Assembly (NCBI GenBank): GCA_004524445.1
Contig: SDNP01000013.1
Coordinates: 1-64,000 of the forward strand
From: Candidatus Thorarchaeota archaeon
GTDB taxonomy: Archaea; Asgardarchaeota; Thorarchaeia; Thorarchaeales; Thorarchaeaceae
Direction: 5' to 3'
DNA: 64,000 bases
This document shows positions 19,182 through 28,771 of this stretch, piece after piece. The position numbers and the translations under genes were made by a program. The notes under the pieces are model-generated. The model did not search any database and was not told the DNA's origin. It was given only the letters and a program-made list of their open reading frames with translations. The first letter of the stretch is position 1. Each line of letters starts with the position of its first letter.

Positions 19182-19372
19182 TTCTCGGCACCTCACAGAA
19201 GACTATTTTCGCTGAAAAATCCTAATCTTATGAAACTGTCGTTTGTGTAATCTCTTTCAACAAGAAAAATACATTGTCATAACGCTAAAATAAAAACAGG
19301 GTGGCTGGCTGAATTGAAGCCAAACATACTTTGTTCGAAGGCATTGCAAATAGAAACTATTGGTGACATAAA

Positions 19373-20029
19373 TTGGAACGATCTTTAGTAATCATAAAAC
19401 CCGACGCAACAGTTCGAAGGAGAATAGGAGCTCTTGTTATCAAAGCTCTCATGGACCGTGATTTGAAGGTAGTAGCATTCAAAGAGATGAATGTCCCTGA
19501 CTCTCTGGCGAAATTGCATTATGACGTCCATAAAGACAAGCCTTTCTTTCCTTGGCTTATTGATTTCATATCATCTGCTCCCGTTATTACAATGATTCTC
19601 GAGGGAGAAAATGCAATCGAAGATATTCGAGATGCATTGGGAGCCACATTCGTACAAAAAGCGGATTCCTCCTCATTGAGAGGAAAGTATGGTGTTTGGG
19701 CGGGAATTAATATTGCTCACGCATCAGATGCGCCCGATACTGCTACCAAAGAGATTATGCTTTGGAAAGAGGAGGGAGGACTTGAAGAAACCGACGACGC
19801 TCAAGAAATGGCACTTGATTATATCAGGAAATATAGCGCCAATAAGCGTGATTACACATCGGAAATTCGAAACACCGTCAATACTGCAATTGAAAGAGAG
19901 GACACCTCGGAAGATGTTTTACAGAGGCTAATCGATCTATTAAGCAAAGATGCCGAAGACATCACAGAAGAGGAAATCAACAATCTAGCAAGGGTAGTGT
20001 TTGATTACATCAAAGAAGAAGTTGAATAA
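19373..20029 (+). CDS. ndk: Nucleoside diphosphate kinase with C-terminal helical extension
   Basis: ERSLVIIKPD, HKDKPFF, SLRGKYG, NIAHASD. Confidence 0.9.
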   Translation: MERSLVIIKPDATVRRRIGALVIKALMDRDLKVVAFKEMNVPDSLAKLHYDVHKDKPFFPWLIDFISSAPVITMILEGENAIEDIRDALGATFVQKADSSSLRGKYGVWAGINIAHASDAPDTATKEIMLWKEEGGLEETDDAQEMALDYIRKYSANKRDYTSEIRNTVNTAIEREDTSEDVLQRLIDLLSKDAEDITEEEINNLARVVFDYIKEEVE

Positions 20030-20161
20030 TAGATGAAGCAGCAGGTTGGTCCCTTTAAGAGCAACCCTTGCTTTCCATCTAATGAAGATAAGAATTCATT
20101 GAAATTGGGTCTGTTTCATGTGCTTTTGTAGGGGTTGGAATGGACTGCCATCCAGATGAGC

Positions 20162-20350
20162 TTAGCTACCTTTCTCGAAATTTTCTGTCCATTTTGTATC
20201 TCGAGGCTTCATCCGGCGTTTCAACATGGCGGTTTTACATTTGTTAGAACAGAACCACTGCATTGTCCCATCCTTAGTACGGACAAAAGCGATACCCGTT
20301 CCTGGTTCGATGTCTTTTCCACAGAAATCGCATTTTTGGGTTCCGACCAC
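20162..20350 (-). CDS. rpl24e: 50S ribosomal protein L24e
   Basis: CDFCGKDIEPGTG...FCSNKC...KWT. Confidence 0.96.
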   Translation of the reverse strand: MVGTQKCDFCGKDIEPGTGIAFVRTKDGTMQWFCSNKCKTAMLKRRMKPRDTKWTENFEKGS

Positions 20351-20352
20351 TT

Positions 20353-20574
20353 CTAGCGCCTCCTCATCTTACGTGCTTCTCGTTCTGTTTCACGAAGGAT
20401 GAGTATGTCTCCTTGTCGGATGGGCCCTTTCACATTGCGAGTCAAGACTCGCCCTTTATCGCGCCCTTCCAGGATTTTGACTCTAACCTGCGTAATCTCA
20501 CCAGTAACTCCAGTTCTTCCCAGGAGCTGAATCACTTCAGCGGGGATTGCAGGTGTTGTGTCTGTATCACTCAT
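20353..20574 (-). CDS. rps28e: 30S ribosomal protein S28e
   Basis: [12 protein letters not shown]...[21 protein letters not shown]. Confidence 0.97.
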   Translation of the reverse strand: MSDTDTTPAIPAEVIQLLGRTGVTGEITQVRVKILEGRDKGRVLTRNVKGPIRQGDILILRETEREARKMRRR

Positions 20575-20593
20575 GGTTCTACTTCACCCGATA

Positions 20594-20968
20594 CTATTTC
20601 CTAAGTCCTGTAATTTTGTCGACGACATCCTCTACAAGGTCTTTGGCTTTTCCTTCAACAACAATTGAAACTGCAGCAGTTGGCCTCTCAATGCCTACTG
20701 CGCCGCCCAAATCCTGTTTGCTGGGCACATAGATGTAAGGTGCTTTCTTATCATCACATAATCCAGGCAGGAACATTGTTATCTCGGGGGGGTCTACATC
20801 CTCAGCTATCACAACGATTTTGGCATTACCTCTTTCAATGCTCTTTGTTGTCTCGTTAATCCCTTTCTTGACTCTGCCAGTATCTTTGGCAATTTCTAGG
20901 GCTTGGAGTGCTTTCTTTTGAAGCTCCTCGGGAGCTTCCCATTCTACAAAACTTGGTTTTGGCATCAC
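20594..20968 (-). CDS. rpl7ae: 50S ribosomal protein L7Ae
   Basis: KKGINETTKSIERG, AEDVDPPEI, SKQDLG. Confidence 0.97.
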   Translation of the reverse strand: MMPKPSFVEWEAPEELQKKALQALEIAKDTGRVKKGINETTKSIERGNAKIVVIAEDVDPPEITMFLPGLCDDKKAPYIYVPSKQDLGGAVGIERPTAAVSIVVEGKAKDLVEDVVDKITGLRK

Positions 20969-20972
20969 TGTC

Positions 20973-20997
20973 TACCTCAGTTTCTACTTCATTGGTA
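20973..20997 (-). promoter_or_regulatory. K-turn in the L7Ae 5' UTR overlapping the SD
   Basis: RNA UACC-AAU-GAAG-UAGAAA-CUGA-GGUA: C helix, 3-nt bulge, tandem G.A. Confidence 0.78.
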
Positions 20998-21099
20998 CTC
21001 AGCATTTACCTGAATACGAACTTGTCGCAACCATGGGGTTGCGTCCTTTTGCGCCTAGTCTAGAATTCTTTTAAAACTGTCGAACTGACAGAATGAATC

Positions 21100-22092
21100 C
21101 TAGTACCCTACCTTCTCAATGGCTAACAGCATGTCCTCGTGCTTTGCATGGACATGCTTGAGGACAGAATACCTATTGCGCTTATTCATGATTCTAATCG
21201 CATGATCGATATCATCGAGGAATAACTCCCTTGTTAAATCCATCTCATCAAAGGTAACAGGCATTTCTTCTCTCTTCATGAATCGCAGAATTTCTGTAGG
21301 GGAATATTTTCCATAGTCAGTCTGCTCCATAAAATGGAGACTAAATGGAGTTGCGAATGCAACTTGTATTCCATGGAGATTATGATTACGTCTGTCCATG
21401 GCGTGAGAGATTGCATGTTCAGTTCCAGAGCAAGGTCGTGAACTACCGAATTCACTCATTGCAATACCCGCATCAATTACCGACCCAACGAGTACCTCCA
21501 GTGAGCTGTTAGTTAATACCGCCTCCAAGGCAGCCTCAACGGTCGCATATACATCAGAATCATACTCCTCGTCAGCGTAATCTCTTGCAAGGCGCCACTC
21601 TGCAAGACTTGAAGCTTTACTAATGACGTCTCCCAATCCTGAGAGTCGAAGATGAGGTGGAGCATCGTCCATGATGTCCAAATCCGCCAGAATCAATTTG
21701 GGTCGTTTACATTTCTCTGAATAGCGATATCCGTTATGCATCACTGATGCCACTTCACTTGCTATGCCATCATGAGATGCTGCGGTGGGGATTGAAATCC
21801 ACTCGATGTGGGAATCTCTCGCCATAATTTTTGCTTGATCAATACTCCTCCCTCCTCCAAAGCCCAAAATAATATCTGCATCAATCATACTCTTGGTATT
21901 CTTAGCGATTCTATCATTAATGATTAACCACTCAAGCTTCTCACCTACAATTGATGAAACCAATTTGCTGTACTTCTCGTAAAGCAGTAAATCAGTCACA
22001 CAAATTGGTTTGTCATACCCTTCTAGAATGCCATCAAGTTTCTCTATCGCCTCCCTTGCAACGATTACTTTACTGGAACAATTGGAGGTCAT
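21100..22092 (-). CDS. egsA: sn-glycerol-1-phosphate dehydrogenase
   Basis: GGGRSID, PTAASHDGIAS, SSRPCSGTEHAISHA. Confidence 0.9.
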   Translation of the reverse strand: MTSNCSSKVIVAREAIEKLDGILEGYDKPICVTDLLLYEKYSKLVSSIVGEKLEWLIINDRIAKNTKSMIDADIILGFGGGRSIDQAKIMARDSHIEWISIPTAASHDGIASEVASVMHNGYRYSEKCKRPKLILADLDIMDDAPPHLRLSGLGDVISKASSLAEWRLARDYADEEYDSDVYATVEAALEAVLTNSSLEVLVGSVIDAGIAMSEFGSSRPCSGTEHAISHAMDRRNHNLHGIQVAFATPFSLHFMEQTDYGKYSPTEILRFMKREEMPVTFDEMDLTRELFLDDIDHAIRIMNKRNRYSVLKHVHAKHEDMLLAIEKVGY

Positions 22093-22289
22093 GAGTTGCA
22101 ATCCTTCTAATCATCATCACTGTCTGCAGTGAATTGTTAGCAGACGTGGTCGTTATTAACATTGACCAATAGAAGCCTTCAGAAACATATTACCATGGTA
22201 GGAAACAGAAAGCGAGTGTTACCTCTGAAATACTCTAGCTGATATGTCTGGAATGTTCCCTTTCCTATATACGAGAGGAGTCAACACAT

Positions 22290-22787
22290 ATGACCCGTTA
22301 TCTCAAGGTTGCGCTCATGGGTTCAGGATATGCAGGCAAATCTACCCTAATACGACTTCTAACCGATGAAACTACCAAATTAAAGACAAATTATACCCCT
22401 ACTGCCGGGATGGACTGCGGAACGATTACATTAGACAGTTCTACTAAGGTGACCCTCGTTGAGATGGGCGGACAAACGCACTTTGAGTTTATGTGGCCAG
22501 ATTTGCTGAAAGGAAGTAAAATGGTTGTTGTAGTTACAGAAAGCACACCCAAGGCTGTGTTAAGAACCCGACAACTTCTTCAAAAATACAGGAATGAACT
22601 TGAAGGAGTTCAAGTCATGGCGATTGCCAACAAGCAAGACCTTCCAGGTTCAATGAAACCGGGATCCGTACAGGACTTACTTGGAATACCCACTTATGGT
22701 ATGGTTGCAATTGACCCCAAGCAACGACTTCATGGCTACAAGTTGCTAGTAAGTGGGCTTAGAGATATGTGTGAAGTAGCGGCTTAG
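22290..22787 (+). CDS. Small Ras/Arf-like GTPase
   Basis: G1 GSGYAGKS, G2 PTAG, G3 EMGGQ, G4 NKQD. Confidence 0.88.
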   Translation: MTRYLKVALMGSGYAGKSTLIRLLTDETTKLKTNYTPTAGMDCGTITLDSSTKVTLVEMGGQTHFEFMWPDLLKGSKMVVVVTESTPKAVLRTRQLLQKYRNELEGVQVMAIANKQDLPGSMKPGSVQDLLGIPTYGMVAIDPKQRLHGYKLLVSGLRDMCEVAA

Positions 22788-22958
22788 ACTAATGGTCTGA
22801 TTCCATCAGTCTTATGATAACTCTTTTAAACTAACAAAGGTCTGGACGATTGCCCAGGACACGGGCGACAGAGCTGGTTGGAGCTTGCTCACCATCTAGC
22901 GAGTCCGTCCGGGACTAGTGTCTTTTGGGTGTAACTACCACCATGATTAGGTGAGAAT

Positions 22959-23759
22959 ATGGAGATTACAATCCTTCACAAAGATGAGAGAAAGGTCAAT
23001 TTCCTCTTAGAGGGTGTGGATGTGGCCTTTGCGAATGCACTTCGCAGAACCATGTTAACCCGTTTACCTTCAATGGCAATTGATGAGGTCCTCATACTCG
23101 AAAATACAAGTGTCATGTATGACGAGATGTTGGCACATCGACTTGGACTTGTCCCACTGACAACAGTTCTAGAGGACTACAACCTTCCAGAAGAATGCGA
23201 TTGTGAAGGAAAAGGATGTAGTCTCTGTCAGTGTACACTCACCTTGGAAATCGAGGCCGAAGATGATGACAAGATTGTCTACTCACGTGATTTGTCTTCT
23301 CAAGATCCGAAGGTAGTTCCAGCCTCAGGCGACATACCTCTTGTAAAACTAGCACCACGTCAACGGCTCATTATTGAAACATATGCAAAGCTTGGCAAAG
23401 GGGTTGATAATGCAAAATTCCAGCCCGTTGCAACAGTTTCATACAAGTATGTACCGCTTGTAACCGTTGATAAATCAAAGTGTGATCAGTGTGGAGACTG
23501 TGTAGAGGTATGTGCGAAGAATATTCTGAAGCTTGAGGATGATACAATTGTCACACAAAACACGCTAGATTGCAGTCTTTGTGAGGCATGTGTAGAAGAA
23601 TGCGAATCCGGGGCCATAACAATCGATACCAAAAAGAACAGCTTTCTGTTTAAAATAGAATCTACAGGTGCGCTTCCTCCAGAAGAGATAGTGGAGAAAG
23701 CTGCAGAACTGTTGATGGAACGAATTCAAGTGGCGCTTGACTTTGCTAATTCACTCTGA
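22959..23759 (+). CDS. rpoD: RNA polymerase subunit D (Rpo3) with ferredoxin-like insert
   Basis: ANALRR, LAHRLGLVP, CDQCGDCVEVC and CSLCEACVEEC. Confidence 0.96.
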   Translation: MEITILHKDERKVNFLLEGVDVAFANALRRTMLTRLPSMAIDEVLILENTSVMYDEMLAHRLGLVPLTTVLEDYNLPEECDCEGKGCSLCQCTLTLEIEAEDDDKIVYSRDLSSQDPKVVPASGDIPLVKLAPRQRLIIETYAKLGKGVDNAKFQPVATVSYKYVPLVTVDKSKCDQCGDCVEVCAKNILKLEDDTIVTQNTLDCSLCEACVEECESGAITIDTKKNSFLFKIESTGALPPEEIVEKAAELLMERIQVALDFANSL

Positions 23760-23769
23760 GGGAGCAAAA

Positions 23770-24132
23770 ATGGTAAGGACTGGACCAACTGACCCTAATA
23801 CACGCGCGTTAATTAATGCGCTTAGAAAGACTTCAACGAAACACGATACTGGAATTTGGAAACGAGTGGCTGAGCTGTTATCTGCACCAACTAGAAAACG
23901 GGCCACAGTCAATGTCAGCAAGATTCAGCGACATACCAACGATGGTGATGTCATCGTAATACCTGGAAAGGTACTGGGCTCAGGAATTCTAACGAACAAA
24001 GTCACAGTGGCTGCATTAAACGCATCAACATCTGCTAGGTCGATGATTATTGATGCTGGCGGTTCTCTAATTTCAATCCACGAGTTATTGAATCAGGCTC
24101 CCAGCGGAAAAGGAGTAACGATAATTACATAG
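23770..24132 (+). CDS. rpl18e: 50S ribosomal protein L18e
   Basis: IWKRVAELL, VNVSKI, PGKVLGSG. Confidence 0.95.
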   Translation: MVRTGPTDPNTRALINALRKTSTKHDTGIWKRVAELLSAPTRKRATVNVSKIQRHTNDGDVIVIPGKVLGSGILTNKVTVAALNASTSARSMIIDAGGSLISIHELLNQAPSGKGVTIIT

Positions 24133-24594
24133 GTGACTGAGATGAGCGACGATAGCGTAATAGTCTATGATGCCAAGAATATGGTTGCCGGCCGCTTAGC
24201 ATCGAAAGTTGCAAAGGCAGCACTACTCGGAAGGAACGTGGTTGTTGTGAATGCGGAAAAGGCCATCATCACAGGAGATAGAGATACTGTGGTCCAGGCA
24301 TACAAAGAGAAATCCAATATCAGGACTTCATACAATCCACAAAGAGGTCCATTTCATAACAGACGGCCCGACAAGATGCTGCGCCGTATAATCCGCGGAA
24401 TGCTTCCCTATCCCAAACCTCGGGGAAAGAAAGCATTCAAACGCATTCAAGTATACATGGGCATACCCTATGAATATGAGGAAGAAGAAAAGGTAATTCT
24501 CGAAGGTTCTAAGTATAGAAGTCTGACAATGAAATACATCACCATTTCCGATCTTTGCCATGAATTAGGTTGGAGAAATCCGGAGGTAGCATAG
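24133..24594 (+). CDS. rpl13: 50S ribosomal protein L13
   Basis: GRLASKVAK, NAEKAIITG, RGMLP. Confidence 0.96.
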   Translation: MTEMSDDSVIVYDAKNMVAGRLASKVAKAALLGRNVVVVNAEKAIITGDRDTVVQAYKEKSNIRTSYNPQRGPFHNRRPDKMLRRIIRGMLPYPKPRGKKAFKRIQVYMGIPYEYEEEEKVILEGSKYRSLTMKYITISDLCHELGWRNPEVA

Positions 24595-24595
24595 A

Positions 24596-24994
24596 ATGCG
24601 TGTAGTAGTATCAACAGGAAAGAGAAAAACATCGATTGCAAAGGCCACGGTAAAGGATGGTAGGGGGCAAGCTCGGATAAATGGGAAGCCTCTGGAGATA
24701 ATACAGCCCGAGGTTGCAAGAATGCGAATGATGGAGCCTCTTATGATGTTTGGAGATGCATGGAAGAATTACGATATCAAAGTCAGAGTAAGCGGTGGGG
24801 GATTCATGGGACAGGCTGATGCTGTACGAATGGCAATTGCCACAGGTCTAGTGAGGATGAGCCAAGACTTTGAGGCACGGTCAAAAATGCTTGAACACGA
24901 TAGAACCATGATTGTTGGTGACCCCAGACGAACCGAGTCAAAGAAGTTTGGAGGGCCATCAGCTCGGTCTAGATATCAGAAGTCTTACAGGTGA
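24596..24994 (+). CDS. rps9: 30S ribosomal protein S9
   Basis: [33 protein letters not shown]. Confidence 0.97.
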   Translation: MRVVVSTGKRKTSIAKATVKDGRGQARINGKPLEIIQPEVARMRMMEPLMMFGDAWKNYDIKVRVSGGGFMGQADAVRMAIATGLVRMSQDFEARSKMLEHDRTMIVGDPRRTESKKFGGPSARSRYQKSYR

Positions 24995-25007
24995 GGAGAG
25001 AAGAAGG

Positions 25008-25235
25008 ATGATTATTCCAGTTCGGTGCTTTACTTGTGGCAAAGTTGTTGCTGACAAGTATGAGCAATTCAAACGTGAAGTGCGGCAGGGAGAAGACCCA
25101 GCAGATGTACTTGATAAGCTAGGACTAGAGCGTTATTGCTGTCGTCGGATGCTTTTGTCCCATATTGACATTATTGACAGTTTCATAGCTTTTTCTACAA
25201 CTGAAGCTCGTGCGGAGGTAAAAGATTTTGATTAG
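25008..25235 (+). CDS. rpoN: RNA polymerase subunit N (Rpo10)
   Basis: [12 protein letters not shown]...RYCCRRML. Confidence 0.97.
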   Translation: MIIPVRCFTCGKVVADKYEQFKREVRQGEDPADVLDKLGLERYCCRRMLLSHIDIIDSFIAFSTTEARAEVKDFD

Positions 25236-25866
25236 TGAGAGTGATTTGGGAGAGGTTGACCTTCTGACCCCGATGGACAAATATCTAGCAGCTGGTTGTC
25301 ATATCGGCACACAGGTTAAAACTCAGGACATGGAACCATTTGTGTACAGACAGCGCCCAATAGGTCTATACGTTTTGGATGTGAGAGAAACCGATGAGAG
25401 AATCCGTACAGCTGCCAAATTCATCTCTCGATTTGACCCAGACAAGGTTGTCGTTGTTTCTGGACGTGTCTACGGGAAACGACCAGTTGAAAGCTTTGCT
25501 AAATTCATTGGTGCTCATGCTTTCACCGACCGATTTGTTCCTGGGACATTAACCAATCCAAATATTGCAGGTCCACGAATTTACATTGAGCCTGAACTTG
25601 TTATCTTAACAGACCCTCGGACCGATGAACAAGCTCTATCAGAAGCTGCCAAAATTGGCATACCCGTGATAGCCCTTTGTGACACGGACAATAACACGAC
25701 TAATGTTGACCTTGTAATCCCTTCAAATAATCGTGGTCGCAAGGCACTTGCTCTGGTGTATTTCCTATTGGCAAGAGAGGTTCTAAGGGAACGGGGTGAT
25801 ATCCCTGTGGATGCAGAAGTCGCATTCAGTACAGAGGACTTTGAACCCCAACTACAGAGGATATAG
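25228..25866 (+). CDS. rps2: 30S ribosomal protein S2
   Basis: [26 protein letters not shown]. Confidence 0.97.
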   Translation: MISESDLGEVDLLTPMDKYLAAGCHIGTQVKTQDMEPFVYRQRPIGLYVLDVRETDERIRTAAKFISRFDPDKVVVVSGRVYGKRPVESFAKFIGAHAFTDRFVPGTLTNPNIAGPRIYIEPELVILTDPRTDEQALSEAAKIGIPVIALCDTDNNTTNVDLVIPSNNRGRKALALVYFLLAREVLRERGDIPVDAEVAFSTEDFEPQLQRI

Positions 25867-25873
25867 TTTCACT

Positions 25874-26260
25874 CTAGCTAACAATGGAGATGACGCCCTC
25901 TGCGGCGTCAACTTCTACTTTCTGCCCCGTCTTTAATTTCTTGATATCTACTTTATCAACAGCAGGAATTTCTGATATTATACAGCCCACAGCCACAACG
26001 GGATCCGTTGACTCATTTATGATTGCTAATGGCGCCTTTCCAGCTTTACTAAGCGCGTAGAGTACATAAGAGCCTACAGTCGACCCTTTGCCCGTTGGGA
26101 AAGCCAGCACCTTTCCCGATACGGACTTGCCTTCCAGCTCATGCCCCTTCTCAACAATCACACCCGTTTCAGGATCACATCCCCCATAGAAGGAGATATC
26201 CTCCGAGGTCATCAGTACTTCTCCCCTGGCTTTCCCTTTGAATATCGTTCTCCCCTTCAT
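25874..26260 (-). CDS. Aconitase X swivel subunit (phosphomevalonate dehydratase small subunit, DUF126)
   Basis: ISFYGGCDPETG, GKGSTVGSY; ATGA overlap with the large subunit. Confidence 0.88.
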   Translation of the reverse strand: MKGRTIFKGKARGEVLMTSEDISFYGGCDPETGVIVEKGHELEGKSVSGKVLAFPTGKGSTVGSYVLYALSKAGKAPLAIINESTDPVVAVGCIISEIPAVDKVDIKKLKTGQKVEVDAAEGVISIVS

Positions 26261-27444
26261 TTGATTGCCTCCTCTAAACATTCTTCAACAGTCCGTATCT
26301 TGGTGCGAAAATCATTCTTACCTCGTGCATAGAAACAAGCTTTTGCAGAGTCTGTCATTAGGCCTGTGAAACGTCCCTTCAATGGCGCTACTGCACAACA
26401 CGCATCACTGACGAGATATGCGCCCGCATTCTCTATAATATCATAGTACCCCATCTTTCTTGCGAGGTCTTTAGTTGGACGCGCAGTGGTAATCCAAACT
26501 GTCTTGCCAGCGGCTATTTTCTTCCCCTTCAGTATTTCTGCTACGCGGGCAATTTCCTTTATGCTAGCATGCGGGCAACCAATGCTGATAAAATCGATAT
26601 CCGCATCCTCATCGTCAAGCTTAACTCTTGCCGACTCTAATTCGTCTTTTGTTACAATCTCAGTTTCTTCAGGAATAGTCGTTCTATTTGGCGTGATGCC
26701 CTCCATATGATAGATTGCCACCCCTCCGAATGTGGCAACAGATGCACCGAATGATTTCAATTCCTCAGTTGATGCATGTTCTATTCCTGTGATATACGGT
26801 ATCTTGTTCCCCGTTCGCTCACCGATAACCTGACCTAATAACCCAAAATCATCTGTTTCCTCAATGTTCGCTTCAATTTCATATGTAATCTGTGCGTTTC
26901 GATTCTTCTCCAAATGAAGACCATATTCAGCGGTTCTCCCAGTAAGGGCTGCTGCAAGTGCGCTTGGTCCGCCTTCTCTATTGGTCCGTGCTCCTATCAC
27001 CGAATTTGCAAAACACACTGCTGATGATTCAGCCCATGCAATATGTTCGCCATAATGGGGAAGATTACCAATTAGATACGGGGTACAAGTACAGGTGGTC
27101 ACAACTCCCATTTTGGAAAATGCATCAACCACCCGCTGTTGATTCTCAGCAAAATCTTCGCTTATGCCATGTTTTTTCCACTCTTCAAGATCCATACCTG
27201 CAGGATTAAGGGTTGTGAGTACTTGAGTCGTTCCATCCTCTGCCATTTCATCTAGGTACTCAAGTCCAGCCTCTCCGAGATTATGGTATGAAACCCCAGC
27301 AATCTGCACGCTTGAAATTGGTATCAAACGCTCAGCACCATAGATGGTACCCAGAGTTGTGATAATTTCCATGGCCTTTTTGGTAGCTATTCCATAATCT
27401 CCGTTCAGCATAGCTTTCTCTTCTGTGTTAAGCTCAAGTCCCAT
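26257..27444 (-). CDS. Aconitase X catalytic subunit (phosphomevalonate dehydratase large subunit, DUF521)
   Basis: TLNP, TCTCTPY, WAESSA, GARTNREGG, GCPHAS. Confidence 0.9.
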   Translation of the reverse strand: MGLELNTEEKAMLNGDYGIATKKAMEIITTLGTIYGAERLIPISSVQIAGVSYHNLGEAGLEYLDEMAEDGTTQVLTTLNPAGMDLEEWKKHGISEDFAENQQRVVDAFSKMGVVTTCTCTPYLIGNLPHYGEHIAWAESSAVCFANSVIGARTNREGGPSALAAALTGRTAEYGLHLEKNRNAQITYEIEANIEETDDFGLLGQVIGERTGNKIPYITGIEHASTEELKSFGASVATFGGVAIYHMEGITPNRTTIPEETEIVTKDELESARVKLDDEDADIDFISIGCPHASIKEIARVAEILKGKKIAAGKTVWITTARPTKDLARKMGYYDIIENAGAYLVSDACCAVAPLKGRFTGLMTDSAKACFYARGKNDFRTKIRTVEECLEEAIK

Positions 27445-27450
27445 TCACAG

Positions 27451-28755
27451 TCACCCCACATATTTGTCCAATTCTACTTCTGGAAATTCCGCCTTTTCAA
27501 AGCTCTTTCCTTTAGACTCCAGAACTTTTGTACAATCAAATCCAACTTTTGTCGTCATTTTCGTCCCGGGTTCAGCACTGGGATCGAGGGAACTTCCAGG
27601 TTCCTTGTCCTTGATGAGAAGGTCCACATCTGCCTGAAATCGTGTAGCCATAGCCCATTCACGCTCTTGTTCATTATAGATGTCAATGTCATCATCATAA
27701 ACCCAGACGTGTTTTGCACTTGTGTGTCCTTCAAAAGCAGCCTCCATGGCTTTAATGCCGTCATCTTCGTTCTTTTTATTGACCTTCACTGCAATGTGAA
27801 GCCAACTTGCACCGCCTGGTGTTATATTCACGTCAATCACTTCTACGCCGCGGTCCTTTACTTTCTTGTAAACCGTCGGCTCCCTAGGCATTCCCATCAG
27901 AATCTTGTGTTCTGCTCTTCCCGGTAGTAATGCTTGCCAAATCGCGTTTTTCCTGTGGGTTATTTTCTTTACATGAAATACTGGTTCCTGCCTCACAACA
28001 TCGACTGTTTCAGTGAGATCAATAAATGGACCTTCGTCATGTTTCTCTTCCAAATAGACAGTCCCTTCCAACACAAATTCTGCATCAGCAGGAATAAGCA
28101 AACTCGAGGTTTCTGCTTTTGTCACTCGAATCTTCCTAAGCGCATTGGCTATCTCTAATTCATTTACCCCGGTTTCTACTGACGTAGCAGCAGCAATAAG
28201 AATCTCTGGAGTATTCCCTATGCACATTGCTATGTCTACCTGTCCTCTTTTCTCGAGGAATTTCGAGAAGTCCCGCCCCCTAACGACTCTAATCACCATC
28301 TTGTCTTTATCAAACTGCATTCCGCGATGGAAATCTAAGTTCTGGCCATATTCTGGGTCCGACGAAACAACCACACCTGAAGATACGTACGGTCCCCCAT
28401 CAGCCTTGTTGTGGAGAAGAATGGGAATCATATCCAAGTCCACCTCTTTCTCCACAACTTCTTGACAAGGTGCATTATTCACTATCTCTGGTGAAGAACG
28501 ATTATCGATTGCCGCACTTAATGTAGGAATAATGTCTTCTTTCTCAATACCGAAGTATGATGCAACTTGACCTTTTGTGCAAAATAGATTTCCTGCCACC
28601 CTGTAGTCCGAATCGGTCAAATTCTCAAAAATCGCCGGTTTGGGCTCAAGAGCCTTCAATACTCCAGCAATCTCATATTTCTTCGATACCGGTTTTCCAA
28701 TTACGGTTAACTTCCCTTCTTTTTCTAGTTCCTTCATGTAGTTCTCCAAAATCAA
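27451..28755 (-). CDS. UbiD-family decarboxylase (probable anhydromevalonate phosphate decarboxylase)
   Basis: DGGPY, FHR, EGPF, SSLDPS; operon context. Confidence 0.88.
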   Translation of the reverse strand: MILENYMKELEKEGKLTVIGKPVSKKYEIAGVLKALEPKPAIFENLTDSDYRVAGNLFCTKGQVASYFGIEKEDIIPTLSAAIDNRSSPEIVNNAPCQEVVEKEVDLDMIPILLHNKADGGPYVSSGVVVSSDPEYGQNLDFHRGMQFDKDKMVIRVVRGRDFSKFLEKRGQVDIAMCIGNTPEILIAAATSVETGVNELEIANALRKIRVTKAETSSLLIPADAEFVLEGTVYLEEKHDEGPFIDLTETVDVVRQEPVFHVKKITHRKNAIWQALLPGRAEHKILMGMPREPTVYKKVKDRGVEVIDVNITPGGASWLHIAVKVNKKNEDDGIKAMEAAFEGHTSAKHVWVYDDDIDIYNEQEREWAMATRFQADVDLLIKDKEPGSSLDPSAEPGTKMTTKVGFDCTKVLESKGKSFEKAEFPEVELDKYVG

Positions 28756-28771
28756 TAATCATGCCTCCTCT

